From assembly GCA_019310385.1 (NCBI GenBank), contig JAFDEK010000004.1, forward strand, positions 476 to 64,475: a stretch of 64,000 nucleotides of DNA, written 5' to 3'. The notes below the pieces were generated by a model, which did not search any database, was not told where the DNA came from, and saw nothing but the letters and a program-made list of their open reading frames with translations. Source of the DNA: Deltaproteobacteria bacterium (GTDB taxonomy: Bacteria > Myxococcota_A > UBA9160 > UBA4427). Below, piece by piece: positions 7,394 through 16,832 of this stretch (position 1 is the first letter of the stretch; every line of letters begins with the position of its first letter). The position numbers and the translations under genes were made by a program.

Positions 7394-8880
7394 GACTCTT
7401 CCGAAATCCGGGGCTCCGGGCCCTGCTCTCGTCAGGGTCGGGCTCGCCGATGCGCACCGCATTGCAGCTCGGCCTGCTGGCTCTTCTTTCCCTCGTTGCG
7501 ATCAGCTGCCGCGAAGAAGAGGAGCCGCGGCCCAGCGTGCTCCTCGTCTACATCGACACCCTGCGCGCCGATCACCTTGCGAGCTACGGCTACCCGCGCG
7601 AGACCTCGCCCTTCTTCGACCGGCTGGCCCGGGAAGGTGTCCGCTTCACGCGCGCCTATGCGCCCTCACCGTGGACCTACCCCTCCTCGGCTTCGCTCAT
7701 GACCGGGCTCTATCCCGCGACCCACGGCGCCATCCGCCCCGGAAAGGTGCGCAAACGCTTCAAGGACATGGCCCCCATCAAGCTGGCCCCCGAGTTCACC
7801 ACCATGGCCGAAGTGCTCGAGGGCGCCGGCATCCGCACGGCGCTCTTTGCGGCGAATGCCTATCTGGGCTTCGGAGTGCAGCAGGGCTTCGGCACCTACG
7901 AGTTCACGAGCGCGAAGGCCGCGGAGCAGAGCGATTACGTGATCCGCTGGCTGCAGGGTCTCGGGGCGGACGAGCGCTTCATGCTGGTCGCCCACTACAT
8001 CGACGTCCATGCCCCCAATGCTCCGCCCCTCAACGACGTGAGCGAGTTCTACGAGGGCGAGGGCGAGCTGAACGAGGCGGAGGCGCGCTACTACGGGCGG
8101 ATGCAGAAGCAGTTCGGGGACGGTGCGCCGGAGGCCCTGCCGGGCTTCGAGATCTTTCGCCGCAATCGCCTGGCCCTCTACGACGCGTCGATACGCCACG
8201 TGGACCGCGAGGTGGAGCGGATCTGGGACACGCTGGCCGAGCTCGGCCGCAGCGAAGACACTCTCGTCATTCTCACTGCAGACCACGGAGAGGCGTTCTG
8301 GGAGCACGCTGCCCTGGAGAAGGCGCGCGAGGAGTACCCGCGCGATCGCCACGGCATGGGGCACGGCCACAGCTTCTTCGAGGAGCTGGTGCGTATTCCC
8401 CTGATCCTGCGCCACCCCTCCTTCCATGGCGGGGACACGATCCCGGTGAAGGTCTCCCTCGTGGATCTGCGGCCCACGGTCCTCGACTTCATGGGGGTCG
8501 ACGATCCGTCGCCCGTCGAGGGGCACTCGCTGCTGCCCTGGATGCGAGGCGTGCCGGCGCCGAAGCGACCCCTGCTATTCGATGCGGTCGCGTACGGGCG
8601 CAACAAGTCTGCAATCCTCTATGGGGGGCGCAAGCTCGTGGTCAGCGAGGGCGCCCCGCCTCTGCTCTTCAACCTGCGCGAGGATCCCGGCGAGAGTCGC
8701 GATCTTGCCGCCGAGGATTCCGCAACGCTGGAGCGCCTGCGCGTCGAGCTGGCAGAGCGCCTGGAGCGCTCCCGGGAGTTGGGCGAGCGCATTCGTCGTG
8801 GCGCGGCCCTGGAGACTGGCGAGCTCTCTGCGGAGCAGCGCGAATCATTGAAGGCCCTGGGATACCTGGAGGAGGATTGA
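7390..8880 (+). CDS. sulfatase-fold (alkaline phosphatase superfamily) lipoprotein lacking the formylglycine motif
   Basis: The ATG overlaps the antiporter stop (ATGA). Lipobox LVAISC. LLVYIDTLRADHL and SPWTYPSSASLMTG align to the sulfatase SxxCxPSRxxxxTG box, but with Thr for Cys and Ser for Arg. An alternative start is at 7450. Confidence 0.8.
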   Translation: MRLFRNPGLRALLSSGSGSPMRTALQLGLLALLSLVAISCREEEEPRPSVLLVYIDTLRADHLASYGYPRETSPFFDRLAREGVRFTRAYAPSPWTYPSSASLMTGLYPATHGAIRPGKVRKRFKDMAPIKLAPEFTTMAEVLEGAGIRTALFAANAYLGFGVQQGFGTYEFTSAKAAEQSDYVIRWLQGLGADERFMLVAHYIDVHAPNAPPLNDVSEFYEGEGELNEAEARYYGRMQKQFGDGAPEALPGFEIFRRNRLALYDASIRHVDREVERIWDTLAELGRSEDTLVILTADHGEAFWEHAALEKAREEYPRDRHGMGHGHSFFEELVRIPLILRHPSFHGGDTIPVKVSLVDLRPTVLDFMGVDDPSPVEGHSLLPWMRGVPAPKRPLLFDAVAYGRNKSAILYGGRKLVVSEGAPPLLFNLREDPGESRDLAAEDSATLERLRVELAERLERSRELGERIRRGAALETGELSAEQRESLKALGYLEED

Positions 8881-8883
8881 GAG

Positions 8884-10560
8884 ATGAGTGAAGCCAAGTC
8901 GAGCGCGCGCGAGAGCTTCGACGCCATCGTAGTCGGATCGGGGCTCGGAGGGCTGTGTACGGCAGCCTACCTGTGCGCGTCCGGCCGACGCACCCTGGTG
9001 CTCGAGGGCCACTACATCGCCGGCGGCAACTCCCAGGTCTTCCGTCGCAAGCACGGGGGGCGGGAGTTCGAGTTCGACGTCGGCATCCACTACATCGGTG
9101 AATGTGGGCGCGACGGCTCGATTACCGCTGTGCTGAACGGGGTGGGTCTGGCCGAGCGGGTGATCTTCCGGCCCCTGGACTCCGATGGCTATTCGAATCT
9201 GCATCTGCCCGACTTCTCCTTCCGTATCCCCTTTGGCTGGGACCGCTATCGGGCCCGGCTACTCGAGACCTTCCCGGGCGAGCACGCGGGGCTGACGCCG
9301 GTTCTCGACGTCATGCAGGGGGTCGCCGAGGCGAGCCACCGGCTCGGCCGGGGCGAGCTGGACTTCGCCGACATGGCCGACGAGTCGCCGATCTTCCTCC
9401 AGTGGGGCCTGCGGCCGGTGACCGAGCTCTTCGCCGAGCACCGCATCTCGGACCGGGCCGCCACCGTGCTCCTGGGCGAGCAGGGCTGCTACGCGGTTCG
9501 CCCCTCCGAGACGCCGGTGGTGATGGCCGCGGGGCTCACCGATCACTTCTTGCGCGGCGCCTATTACCCGGTCGGAGGTGGCCAGGTGATCGCCGCCCGG
9601 CTCGTCGAGGCCATCCGCGCCTACGGGGGCGAGGTGCGTACCCAGTGCCCCGTGCAGCGCATTCGCGTGGAAAAGGGAAGAGTACTCGGTGTGGTCGCGG
9701 GCAAGAAGAACCAGCGGCCCATGGAGATCGACGCGCCCGTGGTGGTCTCGGGTGCGGACCTGAAGCGAACCTTCAGCGAGCTGGTGGGTGAAGAGCACTG
9801 GGCCCCCGAGAGCCTCGAGCGAGTTCGCTCCCTCGAGATGGCGGTGCCCCTCTTCTGCGCGTATCTGATGTTGGACGTCGACCTCGCCGACCTCGGCATG
9901 ACGAACAGCAACCACTTCATCCTGGGCGACTACGACCTCGAGGGAATCTACGACGAGCTGGACCGGGGCGAGATCTCCTCGAAAGCCATGTGCTACCTCA
10001 CCGCCGCGAGCCTCAAGGACCCCGCGAGCCGCAACATTGCGCCCGCCGGCTACACGAACCTGCAGATCATGACTCTCGTGCCGCGCAGCTATGACGTATG
10101 GGGCGTCGAGCGCGGTCCCGCGGAGGGCGGCCGCTACCACCGCGATCCCGAGTACCGCAAGCGCAAGAATGCGTTGATGGATCAGCTGATCCAGAGCTCG
10201 GAGCAGCTCATCCCCGATCTGCGCAAGCACATCGTGTGGAAGGAGGCCGCGACGCCGGTGAGCCAGGAGCGTTTCACCCATTCCACCGGCGGCACCTCCT
10301 ATGGCGTCGAGATGTCGTGCAGTCAGGTGGGACCCATGCGGGTGGGTCCGCGCACGGAGATCGAAGGCCTCTTCCTGTGCGGCGCCAGCACGCCCTCGGG
10401 CCCGGGCATCTCGGGCGTCATGCGCGGCGGCGTGGCGACCGCGGCTGAAGTGCTCGAGACCGATCTGCTGAAGCCCATCCTGGCCGGCGAGGTCTTCGGT
10501 GACCGAAGCGCGTTGCCGGAGCTACGCGAGGACTGGGATGCGTGGCGGGAGAGCCACTGA
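8884..10560 (+). CDS. FAD-dependent oxidoreductase, phytoene desaturase (CrtI)/retinol saturase-like family
   Basis: FDAIVVGSGLGGLCTAAYLCASGRRTLVLEGHYIAGG dinucleotide-binding motif. The length and C-terminal GGTSYG... pattern fit the CrtI family. Confidence 0.8.
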   Translation: MSEAKSSARESFDAIVVGSGLGGLCTAAYLCASGRRTLVLEGHYIAGGNSQVFRRKHGGREFEFDVGIHYIGECGRDGSITAVLNGVGLAERVIFRPLDSDGYSNLHLPDFSFRIPFGWDRYRARLLETFPGEHAGLTPVLDVMQGVAEASHRLGRGELDFADMADESPIFLQWGLRPVTELFAEHRISDRAATVLLGEQGCYAVRPSETPVVMAAGLTDHFLRGAYYPVGGGQVIAARLVEAIRAYGGEVRTQCPVQRIRVEKGRVLGVVAGKKNQRPMEIDAPVVVSGADLKRTFSELVGEEHWAPESLERVRSLEMAVPLFCAYLMLDVDLADLGMTNSNHFILGDYDLEGIYDELDRGEISSKAMCYLTAASLKDPASRNIAPAGYTNLQIMTLVPRSYDVWGVERGPAEGGRYHRDPEYRKRKNALMDQLIQSSEQLIPDLRKHIVWKEAATPVSQERFTHSTGGTSYGVEMSCSQVGPMRVGPRTEIEGLFLCGASTPSGPGISGVMRGGVATAAEVLETDLLKPILAGEVFGDRSALPELREDWDAWRESH

Positions 10561-10648
10561 GCCGGCGAGCCCGGTAGCGGTTTCACGACGGCTCGTCGGC
10601 GTGGGGCGACCGTCGAGTCGTGGGCCCGATCCGGCCAGGCGAGTTCGA

Positions 10649-12511
10649 TCAGTCTGCGGGCCGCGGTGCGGCGGGTGTCGTGCTCGCTGCCGCCGCCGGC
10701 TCGCAGAGCGCGTAGTCTGCGACCTCGCGTTCGGTCGCCTGGGAGATGCCGTCGCCTTTGCGTTGAAACACCACCCGGTGTCGAACGCCGCTCTCGAGCT
10801 GCAATTCCAGCTCCTGGGGCGGACGGCTATCGAGCCGCACCCGGTAGGCGCCGGCGGGCAGCTGGAAGAGGTCGTCGGCTCCCAGGATCCCCCGAGCCAG
10901 TGGCTCGCTCTCTCCGGCTCGCCAGACTCGGAAAGGGGTCCCCACGCTGGTGCGCAAGGCGTGGCGCAGCTGGTCGGCGCTGCCGGCGGTGACGAAGACC
11001 CCGCCCGAAGCCCCCGCGATGGCGCGTAGGCTGGCGAGGTCTTCTTGCGCGGCGTCGCCGAGTCCGAAGCCGATCACGTGCACCGGGATGGGACCCATGG
11101 CCTGCAGGTCGTGTGCTGCGGCCGGTGCATCCCCGCCGCAGCTCTCGATGCCGTCGGTCACGAGGACGACGGCCCGCTCGCCCGCGAAGGACTCGAAGTC
11201 GCTCGCGATCTGCTGGAGCACGTAAGCAAGGGGCGTCTGCCCCATGGGCTCCAGGCCCGCGATGGCAATCCGGATCTGCTCGCGGTTGTTGGTGCCGGCG
11301 GCGACCAGGAGCTCCGTGTCCTGGCAGTCGCGTGCCTCGCGGCCCTGCCGGTGGCCGTAGGCGCGCAGGGAGAGCAGCAGGTCGGGAGGCAGCCAATCGA
11401 GGGAGTCGCTCGTGATCTGTTGGGCGATGGCGAGCTTGGTCTGCTCGCCCAACCGGCCCCCCATGCTCCCGGAGGCGTCGAAGACGATCTCGACGGCGCG
11501 CCGGGACACGGAGAGTGCGGGCTTGCCTCCCGCGGTGGCTTCGACCTGTAGCTCGGCACAGCCGGGTGGGCGCACCAGAACGCTGATGCCGCGGCTTGCC
11601 TGGTTCCCGGCGAGACTCACCGCGGTGGCGACGATTTCGTTCTCGCCCTCGCGCACGGGGACCCGGGCCTCGAAGGCGCCCAGACTCAGCTTGGCCGCGA
11701 TGGGCCGTTGCGATCCATTGACGCGCAGGGTCACCTTCTCGACGCCCGTCGTGCGCAGGTTGCGAAAGGCCTTCGGTAGGCGCCTCGGCTTCTTCACGTG
11801 GACGAACTCGCCCATGGTCGAGCCGGCGATCTCCTGAAGGATCCCGACTCCCTCTTCGTCCTTTCCGAGCTTGACGGTGTGGATCACCACGCCTTGCGTT
11901 CGGGCCTCGTCAGCGGCCTCGCGGGTCTCGTCTTCGTCTGACTTCCCGTCGGTGAAGAGCAGGATCACCCGCGAAGCACCTGCACGGCCCCCTGACTCGA
12001 AGCCCTCGAGCGCCTCGCGTATGCCCGCCGCGATGTCGGTGGTGCCCACCCGTCCGAGTGTGCGCAGAGCCTCGACCACCGCGCTGCGATCCTCGCTGAG
12101 GGGCGACAGGAGAAGCGCTCGGTGGTTGAAGCCCACCACACCGAGGCGCACGTCGCTCCAGGCCGGGATGCTGTCGACGAGGCGGACAACCCCTGTCTTG
12201 CGGTGGTCTTGCGGGTCGGTGCTGCGCAGGCTCTTCGAGGTGTCCATCACGAAGAAGAGGTCGAGTTGCTTCACGCCGCCGTGAATGGAAGCGCCGCCGC
12301 GGACCTGGATGGAGGTCTCGTCACCCGTGAAGACGGAGTCCGGCCGGGGATCGTGGATCTCGACCTCGAGCTCGCCGATGGGCTCGAGGGGAATGGAGCG
12401 GAACTGCCCCTGGGCCGCGGGTGCAGCCCCGAGCAGCAGGAGCGCGAAGCTGGCGAAAACGAGTGTTCTCACGGGGCCATGGACCTCCCGCCCGCCGAGG
12501 GCGCTCTTCAC
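10649..12511 (-). CDS. secreted protein with two von Willebrand factor A domains
   Basis: Signal peptide. Two MIDAS-type motifs are present: LFFVMDTSKSL and IVFDASGSMGG. Confidence 0.8.
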   Translation of the reverse strand: MKSALGGREVHGPVRTLVFASFALLLLGAAPAAQGQFRSIPLEPIGELEVEIHDPRPDSVFTGDETSIQVRGGASIHGGVKQLDLFFVMDTSKSLRSTDPQDHRKTGVVRLVDSIPAWSDVRLGVVGFNHRALLLSPLSEDRSAVVEALRTLGRVGTTDIAAGIREALEGFESGGRAGASRVILLFTDGKSDEDETREAADEARTQGVVIHTVKLGKDEEGVGILQEIAGSTMGEFVHVKKPRRLPKAFRNLRTTGVEKVTLRVNGSQRPIAAKLSLGAFEARVPVREGENEIVATAVSLAGNQASRGISVLVRPPGCAELQVEATAGGKPALSVSRRAVEIVFDASGSMGGRLGEQTKLAIAQQITSDSLDWLPPDLLLSLRAYGHRQGREARDCQDTELLVAAGTNNREQIRIAIAGLEPMGQTPLAYVLQQIASDFESFAGERAVVLVTDGIESCGGDAPAAAHDLQAMGPIPVHVIGFGLGDAAQEDLASLRAIAGASGGVFVTAGSADQLRHALRTSVGTPFRVWRAGESEPLARGILGADDLFQLPAGAYRVRLDSRPPQELELQLESGVRHRVVFQRKGDGISQATEREVADYALCEPAAAASTTPAAPRPAD

Positions 12512-12520
12512 CTCGACGCC

Positions 12521-13282
12521 TCAGCGTGCCACCGTTGCTCCGTCGACCAGCATGGATTCGCCCGAGACGAAGGAGGCTCGGTCCGAGCAGAGCCAGACCG
12601 CGGCCTCGGCGATCTCCTCCGCTTTGCCCAGACGGCCGCCCGGAAGGCTTCTCAGGATCATCTTCTCGACCTGGGGCGAAAGCTCCATGGAGGAGCGCAA
12701 GGCGGGCGTATCGGTGCTGCCGGGAAGGATCGCGTTGATGCGAACGCCCGTCGCGGCGTTCTCGACCGCGGCCGTCTTGGTGATGCCCAGCACGCCGTGC
12801 TTGGAGGCGCAGTAGGCCGCGAGGGCGGGAGTGGCGATCAGACCCGAGCCCGATGCCATGTTCACGATGGCGCCAGCGCCCTGTTGCTGCATCAGCGGGA
12901 TTTCGTGCTTCATGCACAGGAAGACGCCGGTAAGATTCACGTCCAGGGTGCGCCGCCACTGAGCGAGATCCATTTCGTGAAGCGGCGCCATGGGGCCCGT
13001 CATGCCCGCGTTGTTGAGCGCGCAGTCGAGCCGCCCGAAAGCTTCGACGCTGTACGCCACGAGGCCCGATACCGCGTCTTCATCGGAGACGTCGGCGAGA
13101 AAGAAGTTCGCCTCGCTGCCCGCGTCGCGGATCGCCTCGCAGACGGCGTTGCCCTTCGCGTCGTCGATGTCGGAGACCACCACGCGGGCGCCCTCGCGCG
13201 CGAAGGCCCGGGCCGCGGCCTCTCCGATGCCCGAACCCGCTCCGGTGACGAGAGCGACCTTGCCTTCGACGAGTCCCGCCAT
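12521..13282 (-). CDS. SDR family oxidoreductase
   Basis: KVALVTGAGSGIGEA (TGxxxGxG), NNAG, YCASKHG (YxxxK). Confidence 0.9.
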   Translation of the reverse strand: MAGLVEGKVALVTGAGSGIGEAAARAFAREGARVVVSDIDDAKGNAVCEAIRDAGSEANFFLADVSDEDAVSGLVAYSVEAFGRLDCALNNAGMTGPMAPLHEMDLAQWRRTLDVNLTGVFLCMKHEIPLMQQQGAGAIVNMASGSGLIATPALAAYCASKHGVLGITKTAAVENAATGVRINAILPGSTDTPALRSSMELSPQVEKMILRSLPGGRLGKAEEIAEAAVWLCSDRASFVSGESMLVDGATVAR

Positions 13283-13355
13283 TGCGTGCTCTCCTTCGCG
13301 GGGGCCGGATGCCGCAGCGTCTCATGCTCCGGCCCTGGGCGGAACAGGGTAGGAG

Positions 13356-14048
13356 ATGCCCGTGCGCTGTGGCACCCTGTCCCAGGCGTCGGCAGCCAGG
13401 GGTGAGGGCGGATTGGGTAGGGAGCTATCGCGGCGCGAGCTGTTTCGCAGGGCCACGCTCTACGGCGGGTCGGCCTATCTCGCCGCTTTGCTGCCGAGGC
13501 CGCGCGCCGCCGAGGCGGCCCGAGGCCCGACGGGTGCCGAGACCTTCAGCGTCTCTCAGTGGCGCACCGTGGAAGCCATCACGGCGCGGATCATTCCCAG
13601 CGGCCCCCGTGGCCCGAGTGGTGAGGTCGAGCCCGGCGCGCTGGAAGCCAACTGCGTGAACTTCATCGACAAGCTTCTCGCCAACGAGGATGAGGAGCTG
13701 CTCGAGGTCTACGAGGAGGGCATCGAGGGCATCGACGTCGTGGGCAAGCGCCTCTTCGGCAAGGACTTCAATTCCCTCATGAGCGACAACCAGGACCGCA
13801 TTCTCGCCGAGCTCGAGCGGGGCAAGGCGAGCGGCTGGCCCGCGGGCGCCCAGCGGGACTTCTTCGAGACCGTGCGGCTCCACACGATCCTGGGCTTCCT
13901 CGCCGACCCGAAGTACGGCGGCAACCGCGACTACGCGGGGTGGAAGCTCATGGGTTATCCGGGCCCCGCCCATCACGAGGGCGGTTACTCCGAGCTCGAG
14001 CAGCAGGGCCTGCGGCCTCTCCGCACGGTCTGGGGCGACGAGCTCTGA
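13356..14048 (+). CDS. gluconate 2-dehydrogenase subunit 3 family protein (Tat-exported small subunit)
   Basis: Twin-arginine motif SRRELFRRATLYGG. The C-terminal ...HTILGFLADPKYGGNRDYAGWKLMGYPG is typical of the family. The start is ambiguous (ATG 13356, GTG 13362 or TTG 13413). Confidence 0.75.
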   Translation: MPVRCGTLSQASAARGEGGLGRELSRRELFRRATLYGGSAYLAALLPRPRAAEAARGPTGAETFSVSQWRTVEAITARIIPSGPRGPSGEVEPGALEANCVNFIDKLLANEDEELLEVYEEGIEGIDVVGKRLFGKDFNSLMSDNQDRILAELERGKASGWPAGAQRDFFETVRLHTILGFLADPKYGGNRDYAGWKLMGYPGPAHHEGGYSELEQQGLRPLRTVWGDEL

Positions 14049-15889
14049 GCGCGCAGGACGCAAAAGCTTCGCTCGCGGCGGCCGCGGCGGCTGACCCTTC
14101 GGGCGAGCCCATCGAGGCGGGAGGGGCTGCAGCCGGCGTCGGGCGTGGGGAGCCGGGGGAGCAGCCCACCGAGCTCTCGGTCGGGAATGCGCCTGGGGAT
14201 GCGCCGGGCAGTGCCGCCCAGAATGCCCCCAAGAAGAAGATCTTCGACGTTTGCGTCATCGGCACCGGCGCGGGTGGCGGCGTCATGATTCAGCAGCTCA
14301 GCGAGGCGGGCTTCGAAGTAGTGGCACTGGAGCGGGGTCCGGAGATCGAGAGCTCTCGCTTCAGCGAAGACGAGCTCGAGGTCGTGGTGCGCGACCGCCT
14401 CTTCTCGCCTCATCAGCTCGAGACCTACCGCGCTGATGCCGAGAGCCCCGCCGTGCCCGGCCGCTACAACGCAACGGCGGATTGCCTGGGCGGCTCCATG
14501 ACGCTCTGGTCGGGCTGGTCGTGGCGTTTGCGGCCCGACGAGTTCAAGGTGCGCGATGTCGAGGGTCGGGTCGACGACGCGAGCCTGGCCAACTGGCCCA
14601 TCGGCTACGAAGAGCTCGAGCCCTGGTACGAGCAGGCCGAGCAGGACTTCGCCGTGGCGGGCGCCGCCGGGAGAAATCCCTTCGAGGCGCCGCGCAAGCG
14701 GGGCTATCCCCTGCCCCCGCACCCGGCGCGCCGGGCGGGCGAGCTCTTCGAGCAGGGTGCGGTGAAGGCCGGGCTCACGCCTTTCCCCCTGCCGGTGGCA
14801 ATCAACTCGAAGCCTCACGCGGGTCGGCCCCGCTGTCTCTACGGCGGTGCGTGCACGGGCTTCGGGTGTGAGGTCCACGCCAAGTCGACCTCTCTCGCGG
14901 TCTGCTTGCCGCGGGCGCGCAAGACCAAGAAGCTCGACCTGCGCACCGACGCCGAGGTCTTCGAGATCGTGGTCGGGAGCGACGGCCGCGCGAAGGGTGC
15001 GCGCTACTTCGACGCCGAGGGGGCGACCCACGAGGTATTGGCGCGGCAGGTCGTCGTGGCGTGCAACGCGGTGGGGTCGGCGCGCCTGCTCCTGCTCTCC
15101 ACTTCGAAGCGCTTTCCCGACGGCCTGGCGAATTCGAGTGGTCTCGTGGGACGCAACCTCATGCTCCACCACAGCGCCCTGGTTCGCTGCCTCGTCGACG
15201 GTCCGACCCGCGCGGTCACGGGCATCGAGGCCACCCGGGCCGTGGACGACTGGCACCCCAGCGACGATGGCCGCGGCTTCATCCGCGGAGGCGTCGTTGC
15301 CGAGGTTTCCGCCTTCACGCGGCAGCCCATCGTCTACGCTCTCACCGAGCCCTCCAGGCGCGGCGGCGCGCCGCGCTGGGGTCACAAGTTCAAGCGCTAC
15401 CTGCGCGACTTCCCACGCACCATGGTGATCGGCAGCGTGCTCGAGGACCTGCCCGTCGAGAGCAATCGGATCGACCTCGATCCCGGCGTGAAGGACCGCT
15501 TCGATCTGCCCGTGCCGCGTATCACGCGCCGGCAGCACGCCAACGACATCGCGATGAACCGCTGGTTCCGCGCCCGCCTGCTCGAGCTTGCAGCGTCCTG
15601 CGGAGGCCGGGACGCGACCTCCTTCGAGATGCCCGGGGTCGCGTATGTGGACGAGAACGACGCGGTGAAGGGCAGTGCGCATCTCATGGGCACCTGCCGC
15701 ATGGGCGAGCACGCGCAGTTCTCGGTGCTCGATCGCTGGTGCCGCGCCCACGACGTCCCGAACCTCTGGGTCGTGGATGGGAGCTGCTTCCCCACCTCGG
15801 CGGGCTACAACCCCACTCTGACCATTCTCGCCAACGCCTATCGGGTGGCGAATCGCCTCATCGTCGAAGCGCGGCGGATGAACCTGTGA
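14045..15889 (+). CDS. GMC family oxidoreductase (flavoprotein subunit); start codon unresolved
   Basis: FDVCVIGTGAGGGVMIQQLSEAGFEVVALERG FAD motif plus a GMC C-terminal region. There is no in-frame ATG/GTG/TTG between 14049 and the FAD motif (~14230). Third-position GC says the frame is coding from about 14049. The only candidate is CTG at 14045 overlapping the upstream TGA. Confidence 0.8.
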   Translation: MSAQDAKASLAAAAAADPSGEPIEAGGAAAGVGRGEPGEQPTELSVGNAPGDAPGSAAQNAPKKKIFDVCVIGTGAGGGVMIQQLSEAGFEVVALERGPEIESSRFSEDELEVVVRDRLFSPHQLETYRADAESPAVPGRYNATADCLGGSMTLWSGWSWRLRPDEFKVRDVEGRVDDASLANWPIGYEELEPWYEQAEQDFAVAGAAGRNPFEAPRKRGYPLPPHPARRAGELFEQGAVKAGLTPFPLPVAINSKPHAGRPRCLYGGACTGFGCEVHAKSTSLAVCLPRARKTKKLDLRTDAEVFEIVVGSDGRAKGARYFDAEGATHEVLARQVVVACNAVGSARLLLLSTSKRFPDGLANSSGLVGRNLMLHHSALVRCLVDGPTRAVTGIEATRAVDDWHPSDDGRGFIRGGVVAEVSAFTRQPIVYALTEPSRRGGAPRWGHKFKRYLRDFPRTMVIGSVLEDLPVESNRIDLDPGVKDRFDLPVPRITRRQHANDIAMNRWFRARLLELAASCGGRDATSFEMPGVAYVDENDAVKGSAHLMGTCRMGEHAQFSVLDRWCRAHDVPNLWVVDGSCFPTSAGYNPTLTILANAYRVANRLIVEARRMNL

Positions 15890-15913
15890 GAAGCTCTTGA
15901 TTCGAGAGACGGA

Positions 15914-16807
15914 ATGGAAATGCGCACGAGACTGATCGCCTACCTGGCACTGGCGGCCCTGTTGACGGGCGCGGCGGCACCCACTGGGGCCGCGCAATCT
16001 ACTGGGGCCGCGCAATCCACTGAGGCCGCGGCGCCCGCCGGCGGCGAGGGCGATGCCGCGGCCCGGGCGCTCCTCGAGCGATCCTTTCGCAATCTCTACG
16101 CTGACGACTACGTGCAGGTGCTGCGACTGAGCACCTCGTTCCGGGGCGGGCGGGAGATCTCCCGGGTGGTTCAGGTGACTCGTCGCCAGAGCGAGGTCCC
16201 GGGCAAGGCGCTCCTGCGATTCACCTGGCCGGAGAGCATTCGCCGCACCTCGGTGCTCATCCTCGAGAACGAGGATCGGAACGACGATCTCTTCATCTAT
16301 CTACCGTCCCTGAAACGGACCAAGCACCTGGCCTCGAGCCAGCGGGGAGACGCCTTCTTTGGCACGGACCTCGCCTACGAGGACGTCGAGCCGAAGACCA
16401 GCTCCGACTGGGAGATCGAGGCTGCGGGTGCGGGGAGTCACGAGGACCACGCGTGCCGCATTCTCGATCTGCGCCCGCGAGCCACCATCGAATCGACCTA
16501 CGAGCGCTTGCAGACCTGCATCGAGGACGAGCGCGGTGTGGCGCTGTGGACGGACTTCTACCGCAGGGGCGAGGTGGTGAAGCGCCTCGAGACCGACCCG
16601 GCCGACATCCGCCCCATCGCGGGTCGCTTCATCCCCTTCACGATGTGGGTGAGGACACCGGCGCGTCGCTCCCAGACCCGGGTGTCGACCGAGAGCTACG
16701 AGCTGCGCGACGAGATCCCCGACAGCCTCTTTTCGACGTGGAATCTCGAGGCGGGCGACGCGCGGCGCGATCGCAACCGCGCCGGCGAGCTGCGGGACAC
16801 CGAGTAG
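15914..16807 (+). CDS. outer membrane lipoprotein-sorting (LolA-like) protein
   Basis: Signal peptide, plus DDLFIYLPSLKRTKHL and FGTDLAYEDV motifs typical of the LolA-like family that often accompanies RND/MMPL exporters. Confidence 0.7.
   Translation: MEMRTRLIAYLALAALLTGAAAPTGAAQSTGAAQSTEAAAPAGGEGDAAARALLERSFRNLYADDYVQVLRLSTSFRGGREISRVVQVTRRQSEVPGKALLRFTWPESIRRTSVLILENEDRNDDLFIYLPSLKRTKHLASSQRGDAFFGTDLAYEDVEPKTSSDWEIEAAGAGSHEDHACRILDLRPRATIESTYERLQTCIEDERGVALWTDFYRRGEVVKRLETDPADIRPIAGRFIPFTMWVRTPARRSQTRVSTESYELRDEIPDSLFSTWNLEAGDARRDRNRAGELRDTE
15983..16030 (+). repeat. 18-bp coding tandem repeat (TGAAQS x2.7) just after the signal peptide
   Basis: actggggccgcgcaatct / actggggccgcgcaatcc / actgaggccgcg. 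Confidence 0.8.
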
Positions 16808-16832
16808 CGGTCCGGGGCTCTTCAGCGCCCTG

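Noticed and set aside
13940-14048. GTG at 13940 as the start of the GMC oxidoreductase (as in the ORF track).
   Set aside because: It would overlap the upstream gene by 109 nt. In that stretch third-position GC is high in the subunit-3 frame and low in the GMC frame, so the GMC frame is probably not translated there.
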